Source of the DNA: Veleropilina oligotropha
Taxonomy: Eukaryota
Assembly: GCA_048128005.1 (NCBI GenBank)
Contig: JBEUKZ010000127.1
Coordinates: 310,001 to 374,000, forward strand
DNA: 64,000 bases
Direction: 5' to 3'
The position numbers were made by a program, and so were the translations under genes. The number at the start of each line of letters is the position of its first letter. The stretch's first letter is position 1. The notes below the pieces were generated by a model that did not search any database, was not told the origin of the DNA, and saw only the letters and a list, made by a program, of their open reading frames with translations. Of the stretch, positions 13,301-26,137 are shown one piece after another.

Positions 13301-16300
13301 GTTCACGTTTATTTTCTGTGCCATGCCTAGGCTAAATAGAGACTATTACTAAGCTAGAGGCTGGTATTGTCAATGAAATGGTCAATGCAATGTTGCTGCA
13401 CGTTTTGTGTTCCATTGCACCAGTATATGTGTCGATTATTTTCGATAGATTGGTCATATCAGATTGGTCATACCGACCAGGTGTATGCCGTCTACGGCGT
13501 GTGATGAATCAGCAGGATAAACATATTGGGCTTTTTCATATGGGAAATCGCGCCCAAACGGCAATTTTCACGACGGGCGTCCATTCGGCGGCGTAATGCT
13601 CAAGGATGGCATCACAACAAATGGAAGAACACATCTTGTGAATATCAACAGAAATTTGAACAAGATATCGTGATGAAATCCCCAAGGCTTATATCCAATT
13701 GTTTTTAACATCGCCACCTTTCAGTAGGACAACCCCAGACGCATATATCGCAGGTGTGTTGAGGAATTGGATAGCTAAGCTAGCCGATCTTTCACCGATT
13801 CAGCACGTAGGGTATTATATGAAATACAACTCTGCTTACGAGCAAGAGACAGTTTCATTTTAAATGCACATTATTGCTATGAATTGTCTTATTGTGGAAA
13901 GCAGGTATTGCAAAATTGGCAGACAATATATGATATAACCCTTAACTTAAAAATAAGGCCAATATATTTCTGCACAATAGTCACTTACCAAGGAGTGTTG
14001 CAGCTATGTGTTAGTGTCATATACCGTACGCCTAGATCATAGAACATGCGCAGCGTACCAAGACTGCTGTCGATAGAATGTCCACCTTCTATGCCAATCA
14101 TGCTTGCGAACAATCCGTCATCATATGCTTTCAGTATTCCTGGAGGCAAAAGGTTTTAACTGAATATGGTCACGCAGGCGCATTTAGATACCAATGCGTA
14201 AATACCCTTCAACAGTTTTGAATTGTATTTTTAAAAATGCGAACAAATAAGAGAGTAAAGATATAAGCATGCATCGTTATATTTACGGTATATATTGTCT
14301 GGACATTAAAGCGGCTTTATATACAATCGTGTATGGTCGAAAATGACATTGTAGAGATCTTTGCGACATTTTTTAAATATAATGCAATATAAAAATTATG
14401 TCAGCCTCCAAGAACTATGTTCGTGTTACTCGACACTACAAATCTCCATTCTATCGCGTAGAGAAATAGTTCTATAAATCGACACAGTCGATGAGAAAAA
14501 ACCGTGCAAGTGCTCCTTTAAGAAAATAAAATTTATCCCATATTCATACACGAATTTCCTGGAACAATGACACATTAATCAATCTATATTGCGCTATGAG
14601 CTACACGTGTTAACTAAGCATATACCATCTGCAGTTGTGACGAATCTGAATACATCCGAGTACTTGGCTGTGAACTTTCTGATAATATCAATTTGATCGA
14701 GTGTAAATCTGACAGCATCAAAATATTGCGAGCCACAGTCAACATATGCTGCCCAAAACTGAAATGTCGAAAAAAGTATTTTATATTTGTTTAATACGGC
14801 AACACCTGTCTAGGTTGAACCACTTACAAGATTTTACCATTTTACCATTTTAAAGAAATCCAATATGGCGACAGGGTAAATTATTGGTAGAGATACTTTC
14901 GAAGCGCCATTTATTGTACGTTGTGCAAATTATTGATATGAGATCCTTCATATTCAGCTATCCATCTTCATTATTCACTAATGGAAATATCGAAAGCGCA
15001 GCATTACTTATAACTTTTTGCTTCCATGTACAGTTTTTAGATGGAAAGATCTAAAGCTCGTTTTCATCTTCTAACTTTCCAACCATGTTTTACAACACCG
15101 AATAATGGTATCGAACCATGCTGACCAACACTGACCATAATGCCCATGGAATATATGCCTAACCCTAAACTGCGTATATTCCATGGACATTAGGGTCAGT
15201 GTTAGTAAGCAGGGTTCGTTGCCATTACATTATTATTCACGTGAGTCTTACATGAAGTGCTTGCCCGGAAAATGGAAAATTATGCCTGTGGTTAAAAAAA
15301 ATATCATAATAGAATATTGGAAGCAGTAACCATCTTTCTCCTTTTTTATATTTCAAACCAAAGTTGAAAAAGATGGACACGACGGCGAGCTTTTGAGCTA
15401 TACATCTTTAAAACTGTACATGTAAGTAGGAATTAATTCTGTGCTTTCGAGCTTTCAATCAGTGAATAATGAAGATAGAAAACTGAAATGTCAAGTATCA
15501 CACGGACCCTTCAACAGTGTCGATACTGAGTCTTTTTAATAAATATATAATTATAAACACCAACCTGTCCACCGAGTTTGCCCTGTTTGATTCGTGGGAT
15601 ATCGGTATGAGTTCTCGTCCAAACACCGCGCAAATCGCTGGCCATGTCCACATCCCAAACACTGTTGTTGGAGTATTTACGAAATTGATACGCAAAATCA
15701 TTATGACTGTAACAAGAAATAATAATCTCAAGCCGTGTCATTGTCTTCTGTATTATTGAAGAGCGGTTGTGAATGTAATGGTGGTCTATTGCTAAATCCT
15801 TTATGTGTGTGTAGGTTTTGTTTGTGTATATGCATATATACATGAGATAATGTCTCATATTCAGCACATTTTCCGATAGTGTAAATAATGGACATTTGAT
15901 TATATGGATTTGCCATCAATACAATGGAGAATCTGCACAAACTTCGTTGATTAGATGAGACATTACATTTATTTGGAAATAAATAATGTATGAATAATAA
16001 AATAAAATATTTAAAATACATTAAAGAATTTCAAATACAATGTATTATTTTTTCTGATTGCTGAGCAAATACAAAGTTTGCGTCACGGATTTAAAATGAA
16101 CTGGATAAGACCACTATTGTTGACGTGCGTAGAAGATAAACTTACCCATCGATGAGAGGATACGATCGTCGAGAAGAGGACACTGATACGACCGACATCT
16201 CATGTTGCACCGCGACGCTCAGAGTTATAATGACCACCAAAGCAAGAGAAACAAAGATCGCACCCAACACAACAATCCTCATAATGAAACGCCGCTTCGC

Positions 16301-16333
16301 AGCCAATTTTTCATCAATCAAAAGCGACGTCAT
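7317..16333 (-). CDS. DPEP1-like: Membrane dipeptidase (peptidase family M19, renal dipeptidase/DPEP1-like), 10 coding exons, ~418 aa
   Basis: Phase-consistent GT-AG exons: 16146-16333, 15565-15706, 14626-14758, 13989-14139, 11880-11946, 10354-10530, 9867-9963, 8699-8774, 7796-7931, 7317-7406 (1257 nt). Motifs [101 protein letters not shown]-terminal CRT. Confidence 0.95.
8176..8381 (-). mobile_element. tRNA-derived SINE, family C (intronic)
   Basis: Minus strand begins GGGGCAGCATAGCCGATTGG (A box) ... GGGTTCAATCCCC (B box) and ends in a (CAT)n tail. Confidence 0.65.
8826..9082 (-). mobile_element. SINE family A copy (intronic)
   Basis: Reverse complement aligns closely over its length with 2233-2483. 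Confidence 0.85.
13015..13240 (+). mobile_element. SINE family A copy, diverged
   Basis: GAACAGTAGTGGGTTCGAATC...GAGGGCGGGTTT...ACATGTCCTGCTTTGAACC...GACATTAAACATCG matches family A. Confidence 0.7.
13345..13830 (+). pseudogene. Internally deleted, degraded Tc1 transposase remnant
   Basis: Fragments [21 protein letters not shown] (cf. GRPRVTT..QDR.I), FQ*DNPR (cf. FQQDNARPH) and ADLSPIQHV (cf. PDLSPIEHVW). Confidence 0.55.
14950..15490. mobile_element. MITE/foldback with long imperfect terminal inverted repeats
   Basis: ATCTTCATTATTCACT...CATGTACAGTTTT...AAGCTCG (14965-15060) is inverted at 15386-15477. Internal palindrome at ~15108-15225. Confidence 0.6.
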
Positions 16334-18091
16334 TGCTCTTCAGTTATATAATATTATTTCTTGTGCAAAAATCCAGAATACAAATCCAATATTCGGTGAA
16401 ACTTTATACTATTTTCACCCCAGTACCTTAGCCTCTTGTCATTTTATTTAACATGTGCTCTTCATTTGAAATATGTATACATAATTGATAGTGTTTACAT
16501 ATTGATAGCGTTTATCTTACACATGCGCTTATAGTGATATACGCTTAGCCATCTGATATATGCTACTCGTCGACAAGTATAGATAATCACCTACATCAAA
16601 GGACCTATTAAGAGAGGTATATTAGTTTTGTCATTGCGAAATTGCAGTGCGTGTTAGAGTAAAGGAAATTCACTCCAACGCATAGCTACAAGTGAATTTT
16701 ATACATTTAATCCTTATGTATAAAAACTTAACATAGTGCTATAAAAGGCATATATAGCCTACGTTTCACAATTGTTCTTAATAAAACTAATACCATACAT
16801 AGCGACCTAATAAGGAAATTTCTAAAAACTTAAATTACTAAAGATATTAATATTTCTTTTGCAGAACATTCGTCAATGCATACTGAGGAAAATTACAATT
16901 AGAACAGATTAGTTTGTCACTTATTTCACCAGCAAGATGCTTGAAAATGGGAAGTGGTGAAATCAAGAGTAACATTGCTATTAACATGCCTGTTCTCCAT
17001 TCGCATCGATGGTATTTACATTTTGCAGCTCACGAGATTGCCAATGGATGCTTGAGAAATGACATTTCAGTGTCTCACCAAATCTAAACAGAGTTCATGC
17101 AAAGGCAAAGACTGGATCGGTATATGGCATAGACGTTTAGATAGTGTTTCGATGGATATCAAAATGCTAATTAAGCGACGACATTGTGAATCATTCCACC
17201 ATGGAGTATACAGACTTTGCATGATCTTCGCCACATTCAACAGTGTATGATTTTCCAAGCCAACGATATTTTCATGGAATATTGGCAGTTAGACAAAGGT
17301 CCTTTAACGAAATAAATGGCACACACCTGATACCACGTCTACATAGTTTGCAAAACATGCACAATAGAAGCTATACAGATGCCACACGAGATGCACGTGC
17401 GACTCGGGCAAAATTCTTATGACAGATTTGTAGGAACATTGCTTCTTGCTCATATTACATTTTTTGATAAGCATTGTTTCTTTATCCACGAGTAGATGTG
17501 TAACTGTGAAGTCGTGAAAGCATGTGCTCATTATCTTTGAACGAAGCGTAGATATGCCTAATTATGACATATACAATTTCGATATCTAATTAAAAGTGGA
17601 AACAAGGTTATCACGCAAGGACGTTCGTTTGTTAAATTTCGACGCTTAATGTTCTGTTGTAACAGCCTTCAGATGCTTAATGTCCCGTTGTAACAACCTT
17701 CAGGTGAAACCGTTCATGCCTGGACAATCTCATGATATCGCGGGAGGATAGCCCGAGAAACCTGCCCTCGTCAATGAACAACTTGTGTTATGGACAACTG
17801 TGACTGCAAACTGAGGAAGGATTCAAGGATTCGAGGATTCGAACTCACTCCTTTTAGACAGAGCAGGCAACCGAGTAAATTAAACTGTAGGCCTACGTGC
17901 AAATAAGAAGTTAGAAGTAATATTGAGATATCGAGCTTTTCATCAGTAATTAATAATGGCACGTTCATCTTATTTAAATTTGATAAAAAAAGTCATAACA
18001 CAATAGTAGAAAAATCAAAGGTAGGCCTACTCATCCTAGATGAAGTATATGTAATATGTAAAATTTTCTTGATGTTGAATGTACCAAAACG

Positions 18092-20081
18092 TATGGGGCG
18101 CCGTTGTACTATTTATTCCATTTTTAGATATCAAGAATTCGATTTCTTGATATCAAGAAATCGAATTCTTGATATCAAGAATTCATTTCTTGATATCAAG
18201 AAATATTTCTTGATATCAAGAATTCATTTCTTGATATCAAGAAATGAATTCTTGATATCAAGAATTCGATTTTGTGATATCAAGAATTCGATTTCTTGAT
18301 ATCAAGAATTCGATTTGATTTATTGATATCAAGAATTCGAATTCTTGATATCAAGAAATCGATTTCTTGATATCAAGAAATCGATTTCTTGATATCAAGA
18401 ATTCAAATAGAATTCTTGATATCAAGAATTCGATTTCTTGATATCAAGAAATCAGAGTTCATATTTTGAAATAAATAACTTCTCCCCATCGTTGCGAAAA
18501 AATGGCGGTCATTCAGGATGACGACATGCGAAAAGAAATTTTAAATTCCATTCAACGTAATATTAGTGAAGCATATCGCTGTTTTGAGCAAGAGGATGTG
18601 AGCCATGCAACCGCCTTGTTAAATCTGAGGCAGTCCTGCCTTGAACATGATAGTTGCCCCAAAACAGGATATTAAGCATCGATCCAATACAATCTCATCA
18701 TTGAGCCTACATTCTCGATTACTGGTGAAGAATAAATCATTGGATTCGTTATAGCCAAATCGTGAATGTGATATTCATTGTGGTTGAGATTAACATAACT
18801 CCATGACCAACATTCTGAAAATCAAGAGTGGTAAACTAACAATTACAAAAAAAAATATCCAATTATTGACTGCTTTACATGTGAATATAAGATTCTGCGG
18901 TGATTAAATCATTATATTGATCAATTCAATAACTGTATTGTTACATGATTTTAAGTAATGCCTACCTCACTCATGATAATATGGATACGTATTGTTCGAG
19001 TTGTCGTGAAACATTCAATCAAACAAAGCACAAAAATTGTATCCTCAAGTAAATAAAAAACAAACTATTGTGATTCATTCAAATTTATCGATTAAAAATA
19101 GACAACATTGGTTCAAGTAGCACAGCAATAAGGGAAGTATTTCAGCAGCCTACAATCCTAGAAAACAGACTCCAGATTAGGATTAACCTTGGAGGACGTA
19201 AACAGAGTCGGTGACAGAGACCATGCTCATCTCGTTACACCTGATCAGCAGACTGTCATTGACAGAGAGGCAACGTCGCAAAACAAATATTTGAAATATG
19301 TTGAATTTCTACAAACCCATAATATTCATTAATCAGCATGCAATTATCAACAATAAATCACAAAATGTAACAGTAATGTTTAGTATTCGAGAGTGCATAA
19401 TTATATTATTGTACATTATTGTCGATATAAGCATCACTAAAGAATATGTATGCAAAATATTGCATGGAGCAACTCCAACTCACTCATTGAATTTCAAGTC
19501 AACTTTAACCAAAATGTACATAATTATATAGACACTAATATCACAATATAGTCAGCATTAAATTATATGGATGCAAACAGTGCCTAGAGCAACTCATATG
19601 AACCCACTAAAAAAACGTTTTATGCAATGATTTCAATCCGATTATCACCCTTATCGGCGCGAAGCGAATAAGGGATCATTCATTTATTACGTTACTGTTA
19701 ATAAAATTGCAATTCTTGATATCAAGAATTCGATTTCTTGATATCAAGAATTCGATTTGAATTCTTGATATCAAGAAATCGATTTCTTGATATCAAGAAA
19801 TCGAATTCTTGATATCAAGAAATCGAATTCTTGATATCAAGAATTCTATTTGATTTCTTGATATCAAGAAATCGAATTCTTGATATCAAGAAATCGAATT
19901 CTTGATATCAAGAAATCTATTTCTTGATATCAAGAATTCGAATTCTTGATATCAAGAAATATATTTGAATTCTTGATATCAAGAAATCGAATTCTTGATA
20001 TCAAGAAATCGAATTCTTGATATCAAGAAATCGAATTCTTGATATCTAAAAATGGAATAAATAGAACAACGGCGCCCCATA
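18092..20081. mobile_element. Non-autonomous foldback-type DNA element with palindromic subterminal repeats
   Basis: Near-perfect TIR TATGGGGCGCCGTTGT(A/T)CTATTTATTCCATTTTTAGATATCAAGAA at both ends. ~350-bp arrays of the palindrome TTCTTGATATCAAGAA at 18126-18451 and 19713-20046. No long ORF in the core. Confidence 0.8.
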
Positions 20082-20947
20082 GCATTATGGGTATCCCAGT
20101 TGTCAGAGAAACGAAAGCGAAATACCTCGGCGTAACTGAGGACGAAAATCTAAGCTGGAACTCGCACATTGATAACGTAGCTAAGACACTTTCAAAGCAA
20201 ATTGGAATCCTCTACAGAGTTGGTAAACTCTTGCCAGTTTGGGCCAAAATCACGCTTTACAACACACTTGTGCTCCCTCACTTTGACTATTGTTCGTCAA
20301 TATGGGATAACACGTCCCAAAAAAACATCAAAACACTCCAAAAACTGCAAAACCGAGCCATGCGTATTATCTTAAGATGTGACTATATCGTACCTCTATT
20401 TCTGACATGCTTCTTAAATTAGGTTGGATGGATATCGCTACCAGATTTAAATTTTTAAAATGTACTTTAGTCTACAAAATCTTACATGAATGTGTGCCGC
20501 CATACCTATGTGACAAATTTCAATTAATATCTGAATCCCACAACCACAACACACGCATATCATCTACTGAGAAATTATATGCACGTGGCGGATCAACAAC
20601 TGCGCATAGCAGAACATTTGCGTATACTGGAGCCAATGAATGGAATAGCCTCCTCTTACACATCAGAAACGCACCAACACTACATACTTTTAAGAACCTT
20701 TGTGCCAAACACTTAATTACTAAACAGTAAACAATTATATTCCTCCCTCTTTTTGTCGTTGACGTCATATTTTAATCTATGTTTTTTTACATCACTTATC
20801 TATAGACTTATGTATTTATTTTGTTTTACTATTTACATGTATCTACTGTATATATTTTTTACTATTGTATGTATTTACTATGAATAGGCCCGGTGGAAGA
20901 TCAGCGAAAGCTGAACTGGCACCTTAAATAAATAAATAAATAAATAA
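20082..20947 (+). mobile_element. 3' fragment of an L2-group LINE with (TAAA)n tail
   Basis: KYLGV...LSWNSHID, LYNTLVLPHFDYCSSIW, LQKLQNRAMRIIL, frameshift, then LGW...RTFAYTGANEWNSL; 3' UTR ends in (TAAA)5. Confidence 0.85.
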
Positions 20948-21400
20948 GGTGTGCAGTAGATTTTGTGAAGTTACATGTAGATCTAGCATAGGACTATACC
21001 TACATGATTTTTTGATAATATGCCTATGATCTGGATAGCCTATATATACAATTGAACTAACTTGACGTAACAATAGGAATAGCCTAAGCATATCTCTCAT
21101 CTACTGCGATCGGCGATGGTGCATAGGCATATATATATAGTATATAGCCATTATGACAAAAATCATATTGTTCCAATCACAGAAATTGGCCTGTATAAAA
21201 TTCGAGCAAACAAATAATTGCGTCAATAATTTAATTCATCGTTTAAAAAGTTATACCCATAATGATCACTAAAAGTAGTCATCAATTGTTGAAACGATAT
21301 GTCTGCTAACTAGTTCCCCCTTTCTGAACAACGCGCAAATGGAAGTGAAAGAAGAGTCCGGATAAAATAATCCATAAACAGTATATATAAGTATATAGCG

Positions 21401-21416
21401 CAGCGCCATCTAGTGG
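21401..21416 (-). promoter_or_regulatory. CTCF-like motif CCACTAGATGGCGCTG, near a putative 5' exon of the zinc-finger gene (donor GTAAGT at 21505)
   Basis: Close match to the bilaterian CTCF core consensus; sequence match only. Confidence 0.4.
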
Positions 21417-22199
21417 GTGAACGATAGGCGACAATTGATTATACGAATAGCGCACCGGTTCAAATTTCACGCATCATGGGTAACAAAATGGAAGCTTATA
21501 TTTTGTAAGTTTTGGTTATTTGCAATGCAATTCTGTGCTGTGCGAGGAATTGTACAATAGATCGTAGAATAATTATGCTTGCCGTGTAGCATTCTGTGTT
21601 GTGTCTTAGTGCTCCAAAATAAATAAGGCAAATAAATGTAGAGTGTAGTTAAGAAAGTGACAAAACCAGATGCAGACAGCTCAAATCAAACAAAAGGGTG
21701 TTATAAATCGGAAGGAATGTTTCTGTTTGGGTACGTCGAAAAGCCACTTCTGGTATGTGATCGACGGTGGGAGGAGCGCATAAATTTAGTGACTCTGTAG
21801 ATGAGACTTAAATGTCTCCACAGTAGTTGACTGGACTTGAGTATCCAGTAATTTATTCCAGTCTAATATGTTGTAGGTGCTACCTAGAAATGATCACTCA
21901 GATATGGCATATATATGTACATAATATATACATATAATTATTAAGACTAATTACAAAGTTTAAGCTAATATTTAATTTTATTAACACAAACATTATTAAT
22001 TCTTCCAACTAGTTTATTGACATACTTGTATTGGCTCAATTGCCTTAGTTGTAACGATCGGTAAACTCCGCTCCGCGAATTTACCGAATCATTATCTCAT
22101 TGCCAAGACAACACCCGATGAAGTCGATCAGTGCAATGACGTCACCGCATATGCCAGCCTGTACGCTAAGTTGCTAACGGTTATCCGAGATCTGACATT

Positions 22200-22500
22200 A
22201 AAACTTCAGCGGAATTCGTTATTTATGACGGGCGCATGGCCACAAGTTGGTGGACAATCTTGTAAAAGAGAACGTGGTGCATGTCCTTCCGTCTTTGGGC
22301 TAGGTCTTTCCAGCCTAGGCGTTATATTATGTTTGAGACTCTACTAGTGTACCAGTAGTCCCCTTTGACAAATCGAGCCGCACGACGTTCTTGTTGAGTT
22401 TGTTGCAGTCCGTCACTTTATTGGGGTCCCAGATAGAGGCGCTGTATTCCAGGACAGACCTTACAAGGGTGAAGTAAGCTAATTCCTTCAGTCTCCATTC
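22200..22500 (-). pseudogene. Short degraded LINE ORF2 C-terminal fragment
   Basis: Minus strand AYFTLVRSVLEYSASIWDP and RLGWKDL, the post-RT motifs of non-LTR elements. Confidence 0.55.
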
Positions 22501-23637
22501 ATAAGGTTAGCTAACTGTTTACTATATACACTGGCTTATTACTTAACGTATTTACCATATGAATATTCTTCCAAGGTAACATCGAATACCAGCACGGGTG
22601 ATAGGGAAGAGTCAATATCTTGCGCATGCATCATAAGTGTTGTTCATCTGCATACCTGTGTACTTTACATAGGTACCGATACCGGCATGTATATAGGGAC
22701 ATACCGGTAATTGATGTGTTAATCATCATTATATATGCGAAATGATGGAGGCTACATCCAATTATGTAAACAAACGAACATAACACAACAAATTATATGT
22801 TGTCTGGCCTTAACTCGGCTTTAAATAAACTTTAATGAATTTCCGTCGTCATCGAAGAAGACAACAACTATGTCAACTAACAGTTATAATAATGTTAATA
22901 TTTTATTCCACACCGTTACAAGTAATTTCAGTTATCATTTGTTGTCTGTATTTGAGCTGCAGGCAGATATTTCCAGCGGCATCTACTTCTATTTAAATTA
23001 TTTTGAAAAGATAAATAAAATAATCAATGCAAATAGTATCCGTCTCTCGTAAAAGAATGAAATTCAATAACTATTCTTCGTTTCGATGTTTTCTTGGGCT
23101 TCAGCAAGTTGTTGTGGAAAGTTGTACAGTGTCAGCATTAACTTGGGCACATGTTGAAAGTTGGGCAGTAGCATCACCTTGTTCCGATCCGATCAAGTTT
23201 AAAATATGCATTAACATTTATTATCAGTCTAAAACTAGGAATTAAAAACATTTTACTTGTGGACCATTTGATAGGCTGGCATCTGGACTTGTGAACGTTT
23301 CAACCGGGTTGTGTGGACGTTTCAACCGGAAACAAAGCATTTAATTTAAATTAATAACATTTTTCTGATGATTATATGCGGAAGCAGAAACGGTCAATAT
23401 AAAATATACTGGGGATTTGTGCATTTGTTGACACATAGCATGCACATTATTAATATTAACCAGCAGCAGAGTAAAATTATTTTGATTGCTTTAACTCCAA
23501 GGAAGATCAATGTAAGCTTTAAAAAAGTATCAAAACTATGCTTTTAAAAAAACACAAATTGCATGAGTTGTGGAGGAATGGAAAAAATGGATCTCATCAA
23601 CAAAGTTTTGTCACAAATCAGTTTGTTACGTGCAAAC

Positions 23638-24321
23638 GCTGCTCCTGTAGTCGTGGTCTCGAGTGCTGACTCTGAAATCACTGGCTAACAGGAGTGGGTT
23701 CGATTTCTGCCCGGACGTTACAAATCTTTGTTCAGTTATCAATCACAGTTGTCCGTCACTGGCTGGAGAGGACTGGTATCCCCGGTTGACCAGATTTTCC
23801 TCCCGCGATCATATGGACATGTCTTGCCTTGAACTTAAAGAGACTATTGCCCTTAAATGCGCTCTTTTCATGACTGTGTAGCATGACTGATCACCGTCTA
23901 TCGCACGGTTCGCGCATATGTATACAAATTTCATGAAGATATGATCAAATGATAGACTTTTATTGACATTATTATTGCAACGGGTCAATATATGTTATTG
24001 TCAAGTATAAAGCTATCTTAATTGACGAGCAGAAACATACGCAACTGGGCTCCAACTAGGTCAATTGGAAATGCTCTCGGTGCGAGGTAATTAAACGCGG
24101 ACCGCGTTTTATTATATTAAATATTCAGTTGCGATTAATTTAAACGGTAGCAAATTACTGACGAAAGTTGAGTGTTGAAAATTAATAACTTTTCATGTTA
24201 TAAACAAAAAGTGTAATGCAGTTAGTTTTCTTTTTTTTTAAAAAGAGCGCTTTTACGGGCAATAGTAGTCTCTTTAAAGGTTGTAGATATACAGGACATT
24301 AAACATCGATCCAATCTATCC
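23638..24321 (+). mobile_element. SINE family A copy split by a DNA-transposon insertion
   Basis: Removing 23839-24277 restores GAACTTAAAGGTTGTAGATATACAGGACATT, matching the copy at ~52749-52780. Confidence 0.75.
23839..24273. mobile_element. Non-autonomous Kolobok-like MITE
   Basis: TTAA duplicated at 23835-23838 and 24274-24277; AG...CT termini; TIR AGAGACTA(CTA)TTGCCC(T/G)TAAA(T/A)GCGCTCTTTT. Confidence 0.75.
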
Positions 24322-24613
24322 ATGCAATATAGGCTAGACGTTCAAATACAAGATATATGATACATGTATCATGTATACATTTCACAGTGGCATTGAAATT
24401 TCCTCATGGACAAACATTAAAGTCACATTTTTAGGAACTACAGTTTCGTATCAGTTTTCATTTCATTTCACTTTATTTAGCCAATTTTTACATAATTTAG
24501 TTCATATATATATTGATAGAATATGTATGGCTAGCAGATTTATCTAGTAAGCCTTTTTGGCCATGTGTGATAATATTTTTCAATGTTTAGTTGTAATCCA
24601 CATCAGTCGATCA

Positions 24614-24830
24614 GACTCTCCTCGATAGCTCAACTGATAGAGCGTCGGAAAAATCTTAATTGGGATGGTAGGATGTGGGTTCAAACCCCTGCTCCGGCGT
24701 GGATAATTCTAATGCTTAAAACTAATAGACGACATATCCTTAATGTACGTCGGTCAGATTGGAGTGAGACCTTAAACCTGGTGTCCCGACCGCGAAAAGG
24801 CTGAAAAATGGACAAAAAGTGGTCGTAAAA
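24614..24830 (+). mobile_element. tRNA-derived SINE, family B (Deu-like core)
   Basis: A box TAGCTCAACTGATAGAGCG, B box GGGTTCAAACCC, core GGTCAGATTGGAGTGAGACCTTAAACC..GTCCCG; homologous to the copy at 41400-41608 (minus). Confidence 0.75.
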
Positions 24831-25262
24831 CAAATTTACATACCTACCTACCACAAATTATGAGACAGAACAATGTTACATATGTGACCTTCATCACAAA
24901 TTCGGTGACACATTGCAACAGACAAATGACGTTGGACCCCCAAAAAATCTATAGTTCCTGTTACATGGTCATAAAAATTAGGGTAGGTAGGTAGGTAAAT
25001 ATTTTTTTGGGGGAAAGTTTTTTCATATATGTATCGATTTTTTCCAAAATTAAACAACCAACTGAAGAAAATCCATGTCATATGTTAATACGCTGTTAAC
25101 ATCACAAAGCCTTCCAGAGAGAAAAGAGGATGATCAAAAGTTTAGGGTAGGGCCGAAAATTTAGGTAGGGTAACAGGAACCAAGACATTTTTTCTTGGCC
25201 TTAGCACGAAAATGTAATCCATTGTAGAATGAAATAAATATCCAATCAGCATAAATGACAGA

Positions 25263-25614
25263 GCATGCGCTTCACACATTGTTGACTTAATACAGCATGC
25301 GCTTCACACATTGTTGACTTAATACAGCATGCGCTTCACACATTGTTGACTTAATACAGCATGCGCTTCACACATTGTTGACTTAATACAGCATGTGCTT
25401 CACACATTGTTGACTTAATACAGCATGCGCTTCACACATTGTTGACTTAATACAGCATGCGCTTCACACATTGTTGACTTAATACAGCATGCGCTTCACA
25501 CATTGTTGACTTAATACAGCATGCGCTTCACACATTGTTGACTTAATACAGCATGCGCTTCACACATTGTTGACTTAATACAGCATGCGCTTCACACATT
25601 GTTGACTTAATACT
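25263..25614. repeat. 32-bp minisatellite, ~11 copies
   Basis: Unit GCATGCGCTTCACACATTGTTGACTTAATACA, nearly invariant, no spacers. Confidence 0.95.
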
Positions 25615-26137
25615 TCATGCACAAGTATACCAACCTACCTATCCTTTTCAGCACTAGAAGGAACGAGTATAGCAGCACACCTAATTGGTATTTTCTCAAT
25701 ATTTAGCTATGTCTTCTTGATTAATAATCCAAATAGATTGATGATTACATGACAGCAGAAAATAAAGATTTATTTGTCATATCCCTTGCAAAAAAAATTC
25801 AATTACCAGATACATCTCATTATACATATATGCTAGGACGATACTATTATTTGCAATATTTCACTAATCATAGGCGTCCAACAAGATCATTATGTGATCA
25901 AACTGTGTAGTAGAAACATAGAGAGCAATTCAAAATATGTTCTGAAGTAAAAGTTTTACTTAAATTATCATTTTATGACCGATTAATTTTATTTCTACTG
26001 TACACTATTACTAAAAAAATATTTCTATTTTCAGTTTCCTCAGGATTCATCCTGTTTGGCAAGGGTTATTATATGATTGAGTGGCCACATTCCGTTCGTC
26101 AATTCAGACTGGAATTGACCCATTGATAATCAGCGAA

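Noticed and set aside
25263..25614. CRISPR-like appearance of the 22-38-bp repeats (also 42433, 48535, 49497)
   Set aside because: The repeats are head-to-tail with no unique spacers, there are no cas genes, and the context is eukaryotic.
26081..26137. ORF-track start of the zinc-finger gene at 26081
   Set aside because: That codon is GTG; the first ATG in frame is 26138.
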